Assembly: GCA_027334715.1 (NCBI GenBank)
Contig: DAHWUG010000001.1
Span: 277,993-341,992 of the forward strand
DNA: 64,000 bases
Direction of reading: 5' to 3'
Origin: Nanobdellota archaeon
GTDB lineage: Archaea; Nanobdellota; Nanobdellia; Pacearchaeales; GW2011-AR1
The position numbers and the translations under genes are program-made. The notes beneath the pieces were generated by a model, which was not told where the DNA came from, did not search any database, and worked only from the letters and a program-made list of their open reading frames with translations. Positions 1 through 10,298 of this stretch are shown piece after piece (positions within the stretch are counted from its first letter, which is position 1; each line of letters starts with the position of its first letter).

Positions 1-108
1 AAATTATAGAAAGAAAGAGAAGAGGGATGAACAACGTTGTTGTCCTAAAAAACTAATGTAACTAGTTACATCAAAGCGATTATAATAATTATTCTTCTGG
101 GTTATTTT

Positions 109-795
109 ATGAGTTTCAAAGAATTCACTAAATCCCTGAGCAATAACGGTCCTGAAGGAGAATTGATAAAGACAATTTTTATTTCTTTGCTAACCTCGTT
201 CGCCCTTCTTGGCATTTTATATTACCTGAGCTTCAGATATAGTTCCAGCTTCTTGCCAAAATATGGGTTTTTTGCTTTTTTCGCAATTCTTAGCTATGCA
301 GTTATTCTTCCTTCTGTAAGGTATGTCCGTTCTTACAAGGAATTTCTTTGCATGCCCGGAATGATGATAGGAATGACTATGGGAATGATTTCAAGTTTTC
401 TTCCTGGTTTTTTTGTTGGAGCCACAAATGGCATGTTTGTCGGAAGCATGTTTGGGATGGCTATAGGAGTTTCATTCGGCGTATGGAACGGGAAATGCTG
501 CGGAATAATGGGGATAATGGAGGGCGTAATGGCGGGATTTATGGGCGGTCTTATGGGGGCTATGACATCTGTGATGGTATTAAATGACCACTTGAAAACA
601 ACGGGATTTATTATATTCCTTATTTCTGCATTCATCCTTTTTGGATTGAATTACATGATGTACAAAGAAACAAGGGAATCTGAAAGAAAATACAAGGATG
701 ATGAATTCTTTGTCATTTTATTAACTTTAATCTTAACAGCCATAACCTTATGGATAATGGTAATGGGACCAAGAAGCTTCCTATTCGGAAACTGA
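109..795 (+). CDS. Met/Gly-rich polytopic membrane protein (MxxxM-type repeats), possible copper-handling membrane protein
   Basis: ORF track; multiple TM segments packed with Met/Gly motifs (GMTMGM, GIMGIMEGVMAGFMGGLMGAM); sits immediately upstream of cupredoxin/copZ/copA. Confidence 0.4.
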   Translation: MSFKEFTKSLSNNGPEGELIKTIFISLLTSFALLGILYYLSFRYSSSFLPKYGFFAFFAILSYAVILPSVRYVRSYKEFLCMPGMMIGMTMGMISSFLPGFFVGATNGMFVGSMFGMAIGVSFGVWNGKCCGIMGIMEGVMAGFMGGLMGAMTSVMVLNDHLKTTGFIIFLISAFILFGLNYMMYKETRESERKYKDDEFFVILLTLILTAITLWIMVMGPRSFLFGN

Positions 796-802
796 GCATA
801 AA

Positions 803-1195
803 ATGAAAAAAACAACAGTATATATTGCACTTACGCTTATCATGGTTGGCCTGCTTGGATATTTATTATTAGAAAACAGCAATACAAATGTTTCTTCAGC
901 AATCCAGAATTCAGCATCTGCAGATTCAGGAAGTAATTTTCAAAAGGTGGTTTTAAGTATGCAGAATTACAATTATTATCCTAATACAGTAACCGTCAAG
1001 TCAGGACAGCCTGTAAGAATTTACCTTGATTCAAGTGTTCAGGGATGCTATAGGGGTTTTACAATAAGGTCTTTTGGAATTGCAAAATACCTTGCCACTC
1101 CTAGTGATTATGTTGAATTTACTCCAACGCAAAAAGGAACATTCCAGTTCGCCTGCAGCATGGGTATGGGAAGAGGCACCCTGATTGTTGAATAA
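803..1195 (+). CDS. secreted cupredoxin-like domain protein (Cupredoxin_1-like, non-canonical ligand set)
   Basis: N-terminal TM/signal; C-terminal pattern YYPNTVTVKSGQPVRIYL...GTFQFACSMGMGRGTLIV resembles the cupredoxin_1 fold, with Met replacing His near the Cys. Confidence 0.5.
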   Translation: MKKTTVYIALTLIMVGLLGYLLLENSNTNVSSAIQNSASADSGSNFQKVVLSMQNYNYYPNTVTVKSGQPVRIYLDSSVQGCYRGFTIRSFGIAKYLATPSDYVEFTPTQKGTFQFACSMGMGRGTLIVE

Positions 1196-1351
1196 GAATA
1201 AAAAACTAAAAATGATAAAGGAAAAATGCAGTAAATGTTGCTATGATTTAAAGAACGAAACAAAAGCTAAAATAAGAAAAGTAATATGCAAAAATGGATG
1301 TAATGATAACATTGTAACATGTTATACAATAAATAAATTTTCAACTCAGAA

Positions 1352-1570
1352 ATGAAAAAAGCAAAAATCGAAATTGTTGGAATGCATTGCGCAAGCTGCG
1401 CTTCAAATATAGAAAGAAGCCTGAAGAAGATTGCCGGAGTAAAGAGTGCAAATGTTTCCTTGCTCCTTAGGAAAGGAACAGCTGAAATTGATGACAATGT
1501 GTCTGAGGAAGACTTAAAAAAAGCTGTCAAAAGAGCCGGCTACAATGCTAAATCAATAACTTATGAGTAA
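1352..1570 (+). CDS. copZ: heavy-metal-associated (HMA) copper chaperone
   Basis: [12 protein letters not shown] = GMxCxxC metal-binding motif; 72 aa; directly upstream of and overlapping copA. Confidence 0.75.
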   Translation: MKKAKIEIVGMHCASCASNIERSLKKIAGVKSANVSLLLRKGTAEIDDNVSEEDLKKAVKRAGYNAKSITYE

Positions 1571-3587
1571 GATGAATCAAGATACGGGTAAACTGGAGGA
1601 AAATATAGAAATTCATATGCATGAGCATGAACAGCAGGATTCAGATGAGCATCATCACGACAAGCCTGTAGAGGACGATGAAATAAAAGATTGGCAGAAA
1701 AAACTTGTTGGCGCATGGGTTTTTGTCGTGCCCATAGCATTTTTCATGTTTTCCGAAAGGATTTTTGGAATAAAGCCTGTTTCAGAGATATTTATGACAA
1801 TACTTCTTTTGTTCTTTGGATTTCCCGTTATATTCATCTTTGGCTGGCAGACAATCAAGGCAGGAATAAGGGGATTGTTCACTTTTTATTTCAACATGGA
1901 TTCTCTTATTGCGCTAGGAACGCTTGTTGCCTATTTAACCGGAATTTTGAGCTTGTTTTCAAGCATCCAGGATTATTCTGGAGTGAGCTCTATGATTATG
2001 GCATTCTACATAACAGGCAAGTATGTTGAGGCAAGAGCACGCGGAAAAGCCTCCCAGGAAATAAAAAAACTCATGGAGCTTGGGGCAAAAAAAGCCAGGA
2101 TTCTAAGAAAAAACAGGGAAGAAGCTGAAATTGATGTGAATGGAATAAAGATAGGAGATATTCTTGTAGTAAGACCTGGAGAAAAAATACCAACAGATGG
2201 AATTGTTTTAAAAGGTGAAAGCAGCGTTGATGAATCAATGGTCACGGGAGAAAGCCTGCCTGTTGATAAAACAAAGGGTGGGAATGTAATAGGTTCAACA
2301 ATAAACCAGGATGGAATTCTCTACATAAAGGCAACAAAAATAGGCAAAGACACCTTCCTTGCCAACATTATCCGGCTTGTTGAAGAAGCTTCAAGTGAAA
2401 AGGTTCCTATACAGGTTTTAGCAGACAAAATAACAGGCATTTTTGTTCCTTCCATTCTAATTCTGGCAATAATTACTTTTGCCGCATGGGCTTTATTCTT
2501 TTCGAGCTTAAGCAAGGCAATTGCTGTAGGAGTTTCTGTACTTGTAATAGCATGCCCATGTGCGCTTGGCCTTGCAACACCAACTGCATTAATGGTTGGA
2601 TCAGGAATGGGAGCCAAAAGAGGAATCCTTATCAGGAAAGGCGAAGCAATGCAAACAATGAGAAAAGTCAAATACATTATTTTTGACAAAACAGGAACAA
2701 TTACAAAAGGAAAACCAGAAGTATCTGGAATTGAATCAAATGTCAAGGAAAATTACCTTCTTGAAATTGCATCTTCTCTGGAAAAATTGAGCGAGCATCC
2801 TATTGCTCATGCAATTGTTGAAAAGGCGAACATAAAAAAATACAGGGAAGTCAAAAATTTCAAAATTCTAAGAGGAAGGGGAATTGAAGGAAAAATAGGA
2901 AAGAAAACAGTTGTAATTGGAAACAGGAATCTTATGGCTGAAAAGAAGATATCAGTGGATGCTTTTGAAGATGCAATAGATAATTTTGAATCAGGGGGGA
3001 AAACAACAATGATTGTTTCAGAAGACAGCAAAGCCATAGGAGTAATTGCTGTTTCAGATGCATTAAAAGAGGATTCAAGAGAGGCCGTAGCTCTTCTTAG
3101 AAATAGCGGATATGAAACAGTAATGATAACAGGAGACAATGAAAAAACGGCAAATGCAATTGCGCGTGAAGTTGGAATAACTTCAGTCATTGCAAATGTC
3201 CTTCCAGAAAACAAGGCAAGGAAAGTACAGGAACTTCAGCAGAAAGGATTTGTTGCATTTGTTGGAGACGGGATAAATGACGCTCCCGCCTTGAAGCAGA
3301 GCAATGTGGGTATTGCAATGGGAACAGGAACAGATATTGCTATTGAGTCAGGAGACATAATCCTGGCGCGTGGTTCCCTGACAGGCGTTGTCCATGCAAT
3401 AAACCTCAGCAAGGCAACATTCAGGAAAATAAAGCAGAATTTGTTCTGGGCTTTTGCATACAACACAATTGCCATACCTATTGCTGTTGCAGGCATACTC
3501 AATCCTGTTTTTGCAGAAATTGCAATGGCCCTAAGTTCGATAACTGTTGTTACAAATGCAAACCTTCTGAGAAACAAGAAGATATAA
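1563..3587 (+). CDS. copA: copper-translocating P1B-type ATPase; His-rich N-terminus, no fused HMA domain
   Basis: TGES, CPC ([11 protein letters not shown]), [16 protein letters not shown] and [10 protein letters not shown] motifs; N-terminal [16 protein letters not shown]. Confidence 0.9.
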   Translation: MSKMNQDTGKLEENIEIHMHEHEQQDSDEHHHDKPVEDDEIKDWQKKLVGAWVFVVPIAFFMFSERIFGIKPVSEIFMTILLLFFGFPVIFIFGWQTIKAGIRGLFTFYFNMDSLIALGTLVAYLTGILSLFSSIQDYSGVSSMIMAFYITGKYVEARARGKASQEIKKLMELGAKKARILRKNREEAEIDVNGIKIGDILVVRPGEKIPTDGIVLKGESSVDESMVTGESLPVDKTKGGNVIGSTINQDGILYIKATKIGKDTFLANIIRLVEEASSEKVPIQVLADKITGIFVPSILILAIITFAAWALFFSSLSKAIAVGVSVLVIACPCALGLATPTALMVGSGMGAKRGILIRKGEAMQTMRKVKYIIFDKTGTITKGKPEVSGIESNVKENYLLEIASSLEKLSEHPIAHAIVEKANIKKYREVKNFKILRGRGIEGKIGKKTVVIGNRNLMAEKKISVDAFEDAIDNFESGGKTTMIVSEDSKAIGVIAVSDALKEDSREAVALLRNSGYETVMITGDNEKTANAIAREVGITSVIANVLPENKARKVQELQQKGFVAFVGDGINDAPALKQSNVGIAMGTGTDIAIESGDIILARGSLTGVVHAINLSKATFRKIKQNLFWAFAYNTIAIPIAVAGILNPVFAEIAMALSSITVVTNANLLRNKKI

Positions 3588-3740
3588 TTAAATTTTAATG
3601 TAAAAACAATAAAGGCTAAACAAAATAACTGTACAATACATACTTAAGCTATAAATTTTTATCTTTAATATCAAAACTTATTTAAATTGTTCTTGCATTA
3701 ATATATAAAATAAAAAGAGTGAATTTCAGCTATAAAAAAC

Positions 3741-3968
3741 ATGAGAGATGATACATTAATTTGGATTATTATCGGAGCTGTTTTAGCAATCGCTCTTTTT
3801 TCAGGGCTTTGGAACGGATTTTTTGGATATAACGGCATGATGGGAATGATGTACGGAGCTTACGGAATACCAATGCTCTTTTTCGGCTGGATTTTCGGAG
3901 TGCTTATTGTGGTTGCGCTTGCGCTTTTAGTGGTTTGGCTTGCAAAGAAAATAGAGAAGGAGAAATAA
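3741..3968 (+). CDS. small membrane protein (2 TM, Gly/Met rich)
   Basis: ORF track; hydrophobic; downstream of copA. Confidence 0.35.
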   Translation: MRDDTLIWIIIGAVLAIALFSGLWNGFFGYNGMMGMMYGAYGIPMLFFGWIFGVLIVVALALLVVWLAKKIEKEK

Positions 3969-3969
3969 A

Positions 3970-4128
3970 ATGAGAATAGTGGGAATACCCCTGTTAGTTT
4001 TTGTGTTAATCCTATTGGTAGCACTCATCTTTTTTGGATTTATAGTAAGCATTTTGGAAAGATTGCTTGTTCTTGTAATCTTTGTTCTTTTGATAATCTG
4101 GCTTTACAAGCAGGTTAAGAAAAAGTAA
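3970..4128 (+). CDS. small hydrophobic protein (52 aa), not in ORF track
   Basis: ATG at 3970 two nt after the previous stop; MRIVGIPLLVFVLILLVALIFFGFIVSILERLLVLVIFVLLIIWLYKQVKKK. Confidence 0.25.
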   Translation: MRIVGIPLLVFVLILLVALIFFGFIVSILERLLVLVIFVLLIIWLYKQVKKK

Positions 4129-4863
4129 TTATTTTTTCAGCCATTCATAACCTTTTTTATCAATTTCATTGGCTAAGTCTATACCATCTTCTTCTCTAAT
4201 AACTTTTCCATTAATCATTACAAAAACCTTATCAGGTTTTAAATATTTTAATATGCGGTTATAATGGGTTATTATAAGAAGGGTCATTCCAGTAGATTTA
4301 ATTATCTTATTAATGGCATTTGCTACTTCCTTTAAAGCATCAACATCTGTTCCAGAGTCTACTTCATCTAATATAGCTACTTTCGGATTCAGAACAAGAA
4401 GCTGCAGTATTTCTGATTTCTTCTTCTCTCCACCCGAAAATCCCCTATTTAGATAGCGCGAGAGAAATTCTCTTTGGATTTTCAGTTCGTCCGCCTTTTT
4501 CTCCAGCAATTCCTGAAATTCAAGGAAAGAAAGTTTTTTTTCATGAAGAGAATTGTAAGCCTGCCTAAAAAAACTTGAGATTTTCACGCCTTCTATTTCA
4601 ACAGGATTCTGGAAACTTAAAAAAATCCCTAATTTAGAACGCTCATCCACAGATAATTTAGTTATATTTTTACCATTTAGCAAAATTTCACCAGAATCAA
4701 CATTAAACTTTTGGTCTCCCATAAGAACATGGGCCAAAGTTGATTTTCCGCTGCCATTTGGTCCCATCAAAGCGTGAACTTTTCCTTTTTCCAATTTCAT
4801 GTTAATGCCTTTAAGGATTTCTTTTCCTTTAAAATCAACATGAAGATTTTTTATTTCAATCAT
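4129..4863 (-). CDS. sufC: Fe-S cluster assembly ATPase SufC
   Basis: Walker A GPNGSGKST, ABC signature LSGGEKKK, Walker B LDEVDSG; suf operon context. Confidence 0.9.
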   Translation of the reverse strand: MIEIKNLHVDFKGKEILKGINMKLEKGKVHALMGPNGSGKSTLAHVLMGDQKFNVDSGEILLNGKNITKLSVDERSKLGIFLSFQNPVEIEGVKISSFFRQAYNSLHEKKLSFLEFQELLEKKADELKIQREFLSRYLNRGFSGGEKKKSEILQLLVLNPKVAILDEVDSGTDVDALKEVANAINKIIKSTGMTLLIITHYNRILKYLKPDKVFVMINGKVIREEDGIDLANEIDKKGYEWLKK

Positions 4864-4864
4864 T

Positions 4865-5239
4865 TTATTTCAATGCCTCTTTTACAGCTTCAAAAGAAAG
4901 CAGGGCGCATTTAATCCTTGAAGGAGTGAGCTTTGACTTAAGCAGTGAAAGAACATCCTCCCCCTTCATTTTTTTAACATCCGAGACATTAGCTCCTTTA
5001 ATCTTGTCGGTCAGTAAAGAAGCAGTCACCATTGAAATAACACATCCACTTCCGCCGAATTTTATATCATCTATTTTTCCGCCCTTAACAATTATTTGCA
5101 CAGTTATTTCATCTCCGCATATGGAATTATATGAGGTATGCTTATGGCTTGGATTTTTCAGCTCTCCAAAGTTAGATGGGCTTTTGTAAAGCTCAAGTAT
5201 TTCTTCCCTGTACATGTCATCAACTGCTTCGTGCGGCAT
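4865..5239 (-). CDS. sufU: Fe-S cluster scaffold / sulfur-transfer protein, SufU/IscU-like
   Basis: NifU-N-like Cys pattern (CGDEI..., GGSGCVIS..., IKCA); between sufC and sufS. Confidence 0.75.
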   Translation of the reverse strand: MPHEAVDDMYREEILELYKSPSNFGELKNPSHKHTSYNSICGDEITVQIIVKGGKIDDIKFGGSGCVISMVTASLLTDKIKGANVSDVKKMKGEDVLSLLKSKLTPSRIKCALLSFEAVKEALK

Positions 5240-5240
5240 T

Positions 5241-5528
5241 TTAATTTAACTCAATTCTCATTTTTTCATAAACAAGATTTCCAAGACTATCAAAAACAAG
5301 ATAAGAACAACTTGCACCTAAACCATCTAATTCAGGACAATCATTATAATCTCTTTCGTCTTCCATAAGACCTGAATCTGCAATGAATTTAGCGCCATCT
5401 AAAGTAACAGATTCTCCGAAAACCTCTGCTCTTCTGTCTAATGAATGATGTTTAATTATTGTATACTTTTTGATTTTATTAGCTAACTCATTAGGGTTTC
5501 TTGCATTAATACCAATTCTGTTCATCAT
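5241..5528 (-). CDS. hypothetical protein (95 aa) embedded in the suf operon
   Basis: ORF track; no recognisable motif; 2-nt spacing from neighbours. Confidence 0.3.
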   Translation of the reverse strand: MMNRIGINARNPNELANKIKKYTIIKHHSLDRRAEVFGESVTLDGAKFIADSGLMEDERDYNDCPELDGLGASCSYLVFDSLGNLVYEKMRIELN

Positions 5529-6781
5529 TTGAATTTCTCCTGAATTTCCCTTAAGGAATCAACAAGGGCATCAATGTCTTCCAGCGTGTTGTAAAAATAA
5601 AAGCTTGCCCTGCAAACTCCACCATTTGCTTTAATCACAGACATCAAAGGCATTGCACAACAATGACCTGCACGTATTGCAATCTTTTTTTCATTCAGCA
5701 TTTCTGCAATATCATGAGGATGTATGGAATCCAATGTAAAAGATACAACAGGCACTTTCTCCCCTGAATTTGGATGGTATGTCTTGATTCCTTTAACCTC
5801 ATTTAATCTCTTTAATGCATATTTTAGCAAAAAAGCCTCCCACCCCGTTATATTTTCAATGCCTATTTTTTTTATGTAATTTATTGCTTCTGCAAAACCA
5901 ACTGCTCCTGCAATATTCTGCGTTCCAGCCTCGAATTTCTCAGGGGTTTTTGCCCAGCTTGCATCATTAAATGTTACTTTCTCAATCATTCCGCCCCCAA
6001 ACATGAAAGGGGAGAGTTTCTCAAGCAATTCTTTTTTGCCGTAAAGAACTCCTATTCCGTTTGGTCCCATCATTTTATGGCCTGAAAACGCAAGAAAATC
6101 ACAATCAAGATGCTTTACATCAATGGGAATATGCTGAATTGCCTGAGCTGCATCAATTACTGTTATTGCCCCTTTTTCTCTTGCTAATCTGGTTATTAGC
6201 TTAACATTGTTAATGGTTCCTAACACATTAGACGCGTAAGCAATGCTAACAATAGCTGTTTTATCACTTAGTTTTGAATTAAAGTCTTTCATATCCAGAA
6301 CAAAATCTTTTGTTATTTTTACAAACTTTAACTTAAACCCATTCCTCTTGCACAATTCCTGCCATGGAACAAGATTTGAATGATGCTCCATTTCTGTCAA
6401 AACTATTTCATCCTTTCCTTTGGGTATAATTTTTGATATCACATATGCTAGCAGATTAATTGATTCTGTCGTGTTTCTTGTGAATACTATTTCACCAGAA
6501 TTTGCTCCAATAAAGTTAGCAATAACAGTTCTTGTCTGGTCATATCTTTTCATTGCCCTGTTTGCAAGGGAATAAACTCCGCGGCCAACATTTGCATTGT
6601 CCTTTTCATAGAAGTTTTTTACAGCATTTATAACGCTTGCAGGCTTCTGGGTTGTTGCTGCATTGTCCAGATAAACAAGCCCAAGATTGTGGCTGAAAAT
6701 TGGAAAATCCTTCTTTATCTGCTTTGCAATTTCGTTTGTTATTTTCATTTTACACAACGCTGTTCTCAATCTCCAATTCAA
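5525..6781 (-). CDS. sufS: cysteine desulfurase SufS (class V aminotransferase)
   Basis: HHSNLVPWQ; PLP-Lys region SGHKMMGPNGIGVLYGK; active-site Cys loop RAGHCCA. Confidence 0.9.
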   Translation of the reverse strand: MNWRLRTALCKMKITNEIAKQIKKDFPIFSHNLGLVYLDNAATTQKPASVINAVKNFYEKDNANVGRGVYSLANRAMKRYDQTRTVIANFIGANSGEIVFTRNTTESINLLAYVISKIIPKGKDEIVLTEMEHHSNLVPWQELCKRNGFKLKFVKITKDFVLDMKDFNSKLSDKTAIVSIAYASNVLGTINNVKLITRLAREKGAITVIDAAQAIQHIPIDVKHLDCDFLAFSGHKMMGPNGIGVLYGKKELLEKLSPFMFGGGMIEKVTFNDASWAKTPEKFEAGTQNIAGAVGFAEAINYIKKIGIENITGWEAFLLKYALKRLNEVKGIKTYHPNSGEKVPVVSFTLDSIHPHDIAEMLNEKKIAIRAGHCCAMPLMSVIKANGGVCRASFYFYNTLEDIDALVDSLREIQEKFK

Positions 6782-9356
6782 TCAATCTGTTTAATTCAAC
6801 TGCATATTCCAATGGAAGCTCTTTTATTAATGGCTCTATGAAGCCAGAGACAATCATTTTTGTTGCCTCACGCTCTGGCAATCCGCGTGACATAAGATAA
6901 AAAAGCTGCTCCTCCCCTATTTTTCCAACAGCTGCTTCATGGGAGACTTCAACATCATTTTCATCAACTTCCATGCTCGGGAAGGTTGTTGCCTTGCTTT
7001 TGTTGTCAAGCATTAAACCATCACAACGAACGCTTGACTTTGATCCCGTGCAGCCGTTCTTTATTTTTACCAAACCCCTGTAAGCTGTTGTTCCGCCATT
7101 CATGCATATGCTTTTGCTTATTATATGCGAGCTTGTATTCTTAGCCATGTGATATGCCTTGCATCCTGTATCTTGGTACTGGCCTTTGTTTGCATATGCA
7201 ATTCCCACATAATCTGTCTTTGCGCCAGTCTCTAAAAGAACAGAAGAAGGATACAGCATTGTAATTCTTGAATTATGGACTATTAATCCATTAGCAACAA
7301 AATTATGATATCCTTCAACTTCAATATCAAAGGTTGGTTTTATCCCTCTTTCCTCAATTTTATTAATCCTAGAAAACCCTATTTCTTCATTAACTTTACT
7401 TCTAAAATTAAGCCCTCTTGAAGAAAAATAACCTCTTGTTGTTTTTATTTTACCAAGTTTATCTTTTTTGGCCATACACTTTAAAGGTAAAAACTTAACA
7501 TTCTTGCCATCAAATAATATTCTCCAAGAATCTTTGAGATTTACCTCTTTTCCAAGAATCATGGATTTTCTTGCTTTTCCATGGGTAAATACATTAGAAC
7601 CCCACAATCCTACTTGAATTCCAAGAAGTTTGACATCTTCAAGTAACTTTTTATTGATGCTAGTTAAGTATACAGAATGACTAGAAATGTGCCCATCAGA
7701 ATCAATATACCCTGCTAAGAAGGAAAGAATTTGACTTTCTGGTAAAGTAAAAACCCATTCCGGAATTTTTTTTGTATCTGCATTACCACTAAAACCAATT
7801 TTAGTAAACAACTGGCATAAGGTCTTAGAATTTATTATAATGTATCTCTCTTTTTTTTCTGTAACAGTATAATCAAATAATCTTTTAAGTAAGATTATTA
7901 ATTTGTCTCTATAATCTTCTCTTTCATGCGTTGCTATGTTTATTTTATTGGTATTTAAATCAATGTGTCCGTCACCAATAATTAATCCCATTAGCCACAT
8001 AAAGTCTTCATTTGTTTTCTGCGGATAATTTATCTTTTTATTATATAAATAGGAGATATTCATTTTAAATGTAGAATATTGATTTTTGCTATTAACTTCT
8101 TCTCCAATGCTAATCTTCGGTAAAATATGTGGTTTTCCTTTATGGGGAATTTTTTTTACTATTCCTATTAAATCTCCAATTTTTAATTCTTCAAGTGGTT
8201 TCCAGATAAATCTGAAAAATCCCTTTTTATGATGTGGGCTATTTTTCTCTCTTATTAATGTCAAGAATGGATGATTTGAAGAGGCTTCTATACTTCTCCC
8301 ACCTACAATAATTTTGTAAACTTTTTTACTTCCACTAAATATTTTGTTTTTAACTTTAGATGTTTTTAATCTATTAGTAAGTTCATCCCAAACAAAAATG
8401 ACATCTCCTTTTTTTATATATTGCATGTTTATAAGGCCCTTTGAATTTGTGAAAATCTTTGAATCTCCTGTAAGGCAACCTGTATTTCCATTAACCCACT
8501 CCATAACCCCATTTTCATACACAACAGCCCTTTTTGTATTCAAATTATAAACATTTTTGCTCCAGTTTTCAATGCTTGAATAACGGACTCTTGCGTTTTT
8601 TAGCACATGAATCTCAACTCCGCCTGCGTGAAGAGAATTTTCTGAATAAACAGGTGCAGAACATCCTTCAATATAATGAATCTCACTGCCTTCATCTGCG
8701 ATTATCAAAGTGTGCTCGAATTGTCCTCCTTTTCGTGCATTCATCCTAAAATAAGCCTGAAGAGGGAGGTCAACTTTCACACCTTTCGGCACGTAAATAA
8801 AAGTCCCTCCTGACCAAAAGGCTCCGTGAAGAGCTGCGAACTTATGAAGGCCCGGATTTATGCATGTTGTCATGAAATATTTTTTAAATAATTCTGGATA
8901 CTGCTGCAAACCCTGGTCACAGTCAAGGAAAATAACCCCTTTTTCTTCCCATTGTTTCTTCAGTTTATGATAAATGACTTCACTTTCATATTGCGCCCCA
9001 ACACCTGCCAGAGCTTCCCTTTCAGCTTTTGGAATTCCAAGCTTTTCGTAGGTTTCCTTGATTTCTGCAGGAACATCATCCCATGAAGTTGCATTTTTTT
9101 TTGCATCGGGTTTGATAAAATATGAGATTTCGTTCAAATTCAGATCAGCCAAGCTTGGCCCGAAATTTGGCATTGGTATCTCATTGAATAATTTTAATGC
9201 TTCAAGCCTTTTATGCAGCATCCATTCTGGTTCTTTTTTATCTTTGGATATCTTGCGTACAAGCTCCTCGCTTATTCCTGTTGTTGCCTTGAACTTCAAT
9301 TTTTCAGGATCACTGTGGTCATAGATTTCCCGATTTGTATTTATTTGATTACCCAT
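6750..9356 (-). CDS. sufB: Fe-S cluster assembly protein SufB interrupted by a 402-aa intein (host about 466 aa)
   Basis: SufB blocks flank an insertion that begins CLTGDSKI and ends VHN before extein S. Confidence 0.9.
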   Translation of the reverse strand: MGNQINTNREIYDHSDPEKLKFKATTGISEELVRKISKDKKEPEWMLHKRLEALKLFNEIPMPNFGPSLADLNLNEISYFIKPDAKKNATSWDDVPAEIKETYEKLGIPKAEREALAGVGAQYESEVIYHKLKKQWEEKGVIFLDCDQGLQQYPELFKKYFMTTCINPGLHKFAALHGAFWSGGTFIYVPKGVKVDLPLQAYFRMNARKGGQFEHTLIIADEGSEIHYIEGCSAPVYSENSLHAGGVEIHVLKNARVRYSSIENWSKNVYNLNTKRAVVYENGVMEWVNGNTGCLTGDSKIFTNSKGLINMQYIKKGDVIFVWDELTNRLKTSKVKNKIFSGSKKVYKIIVGGRSIEASSNHPFLTLIREKNSPHHKKGFFRFIWKPLEELKIGDLIGIVKKIPHKGKPHILPKISIGEEVNSKNQYSTFKMNISYLYNKKINYPQKTNEDFMWLMGLIIGDGHIDLNTNKINIATHEREDYRDKLIILLKRLFDYTVTEKKERYIIINSKTLCQLFTKIGFSGNADTKKIPEWVFTLPESQILSFLAGYIDSDGHISSHSVYLTSINKKLLEDVKLLGIQVGLWGSNVFTHGKARKSMILGKEVNLKDSWRILFDGKNVKFLPLKCMAKKDKLGKIKTTRGYFSSRGLNFRSKVNEEIGFSRINKIEERGIKPTFDIEVEGYHNFVANGLIVHNSRITMLYPSSVLLETGAKTDYVGIAYANKGQYQDTGCKAYHMAKNTSSHIISKSICMNGGTTAYRGLVKIKNGCTGSKSSVRCDGLMLDNKSKATTFPSMEVDENDVEVSHEAAVGKIGEEQLFYLMSRGLPEREATKMIVSGFIEPLIKELPLEYAVELNRLIELEIENSVV
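7272..8477 (-). mobile_element. intein with LAGLIDADG homing-endonuclease domain inside sufB (residues 294-695)
   Basis: Block A CLTGDSKIF; LAGLIDADG motifs LMGLIIGDGHI and FLAGYIDSDGHI; C-terminal ...GLIVHN|S; boundaries computed from residue counts. Confidence 0.8.
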
Positions 9357-9361
9357 TTTAA

Positions 9362-9643
9362 TTAACGTTTAAACCCTACCTTAAGTTTTTTACTATTAAC
9401 CTTTTTCTTGCTAACTCTTTTGTTTTTTACTGCACTTATTGTCTTATTTACATCCTTTATCATTAAGTCAATCTCTTCTTCAGACATGCCATGCATCATT
9501 GCCCCGTTTTCCAATGTGTCAAACTCTGAAAAATGGCAGCCTATGCAATGAAGTCCATAACCCATCAAAACAGAAATGGTTTCAGGATTTTTTTCTATAA
9601 GCTCGTTTATCAGCGTTTGCTTTGTAATTTCCTTTGTTTTCAT
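9362..9643 (-). CDS. DUF1858-type small redox/disulfide domain protein
   Basis: MGYGLHCIGCHFSEFDTLENGAMMHG matches the DUF1858 hybrid-cluster-associated pattern; overlaps the PCD gene by 4 nt. Confidence 0.5.
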   Translation of the reverse strand: MKTKEITKQTLINELIEKNPETISVLMGYGLHCIGCHFSEFDTLENGAMMHGMSEEEIDLMIKDVNKTISAVKNKRVSKKKVNSKKLKVGFKR

Positions 9644-9933
9644 AACTTATCTATTTCACTGGCGACTTTAAAATCTTTTTCTGTCAGCCCGCCTGCAGAA
9701 TGAGTTGTAAGCTTTACTTCCACTTTGTTGTAATCATAAATTTTTACATCAGGGTGATGCTCTTCTGCATCTGCAAGGGGAACTATCTTATTTACGAATT
9801 CAACAGCTGTCTTGAAGTCAGGGAATTCAAATATGCGCATTATGTATTGCCCATTGTCTTCCAAGCTCCATTCAGGGGTTTTTTCAAGATACGAGCTGAT
9901 TTGCGCTATACCTAAGGGAGGCATAGAAATCAA
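9640..9933 (-). CDS. pterin-4a-carbinolamine dehydratase (PCD/DCoH)
   Basis: EEHHPD...KVEVKLTTHSAGGLTEKD signature; 97 aa. Confidence 0.8.
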   Translation of the reverse strand: MISMPPLGIAQISSYLEKTPEWSLEDNGQYIMRIFEFPDFKTAVEFVNKIVPLADAEEHHPDVKIYDYNKVEVKLTTHSAGGLTEKDFKVASEIDKL

Positions 9934-9959
9934 AACTATCTGAAATATTTAAAGATTGT

Positions 9960-10223
9960 TTAAATCCAAGATTTTAATCCCCTGTAGAACTGACCACTTC
10001 TTTCCATCATTAAATCATGTTCTTCATCTGCAATAGCTTTTCCTACTAAATAAAAAATTATAGGAAAGCTTATTGGGAAAGTTGTGAGTACTCCAAGTTC
10101 AAAAATTCTATCAAATCCTTGAGCTTCGGCTTCTTTTGTCTTTTCCCAATCATATTTTAAAGCAGAGGCTAATCCGTCTTTTTTAATGTTATTTATTCCT
10201 TGCCTTATGCTATATTTTTCCAT
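9960..10223 (-). CDS. hypothetical protein
   Basis: ORF track only. Confidence 0.3.
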   Translation of the reverse strand: MEKYSIRQGINNIKKDGLASALKYDWEKTKEAEAQGFDRIFELGVLTTFPISFPIIFYLVGKAIADEEHDLMMERSGQFYRGLKSWI

Positions 10224-10298
10224 AAAATTTGGTAAATTAAATAACTTATAAAACTTGTGATACCTATTTTCATTCCAATTACCTTTGATTTATGAAAA

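Noticed and set aside
333-635. Minus-strand 100-aa ORF and + strand 79-aa ORF inside the Met-rich membrane-protein gene
   Set aside because: Nested in and antisense to a longer, more coherent membrane-protein ORF
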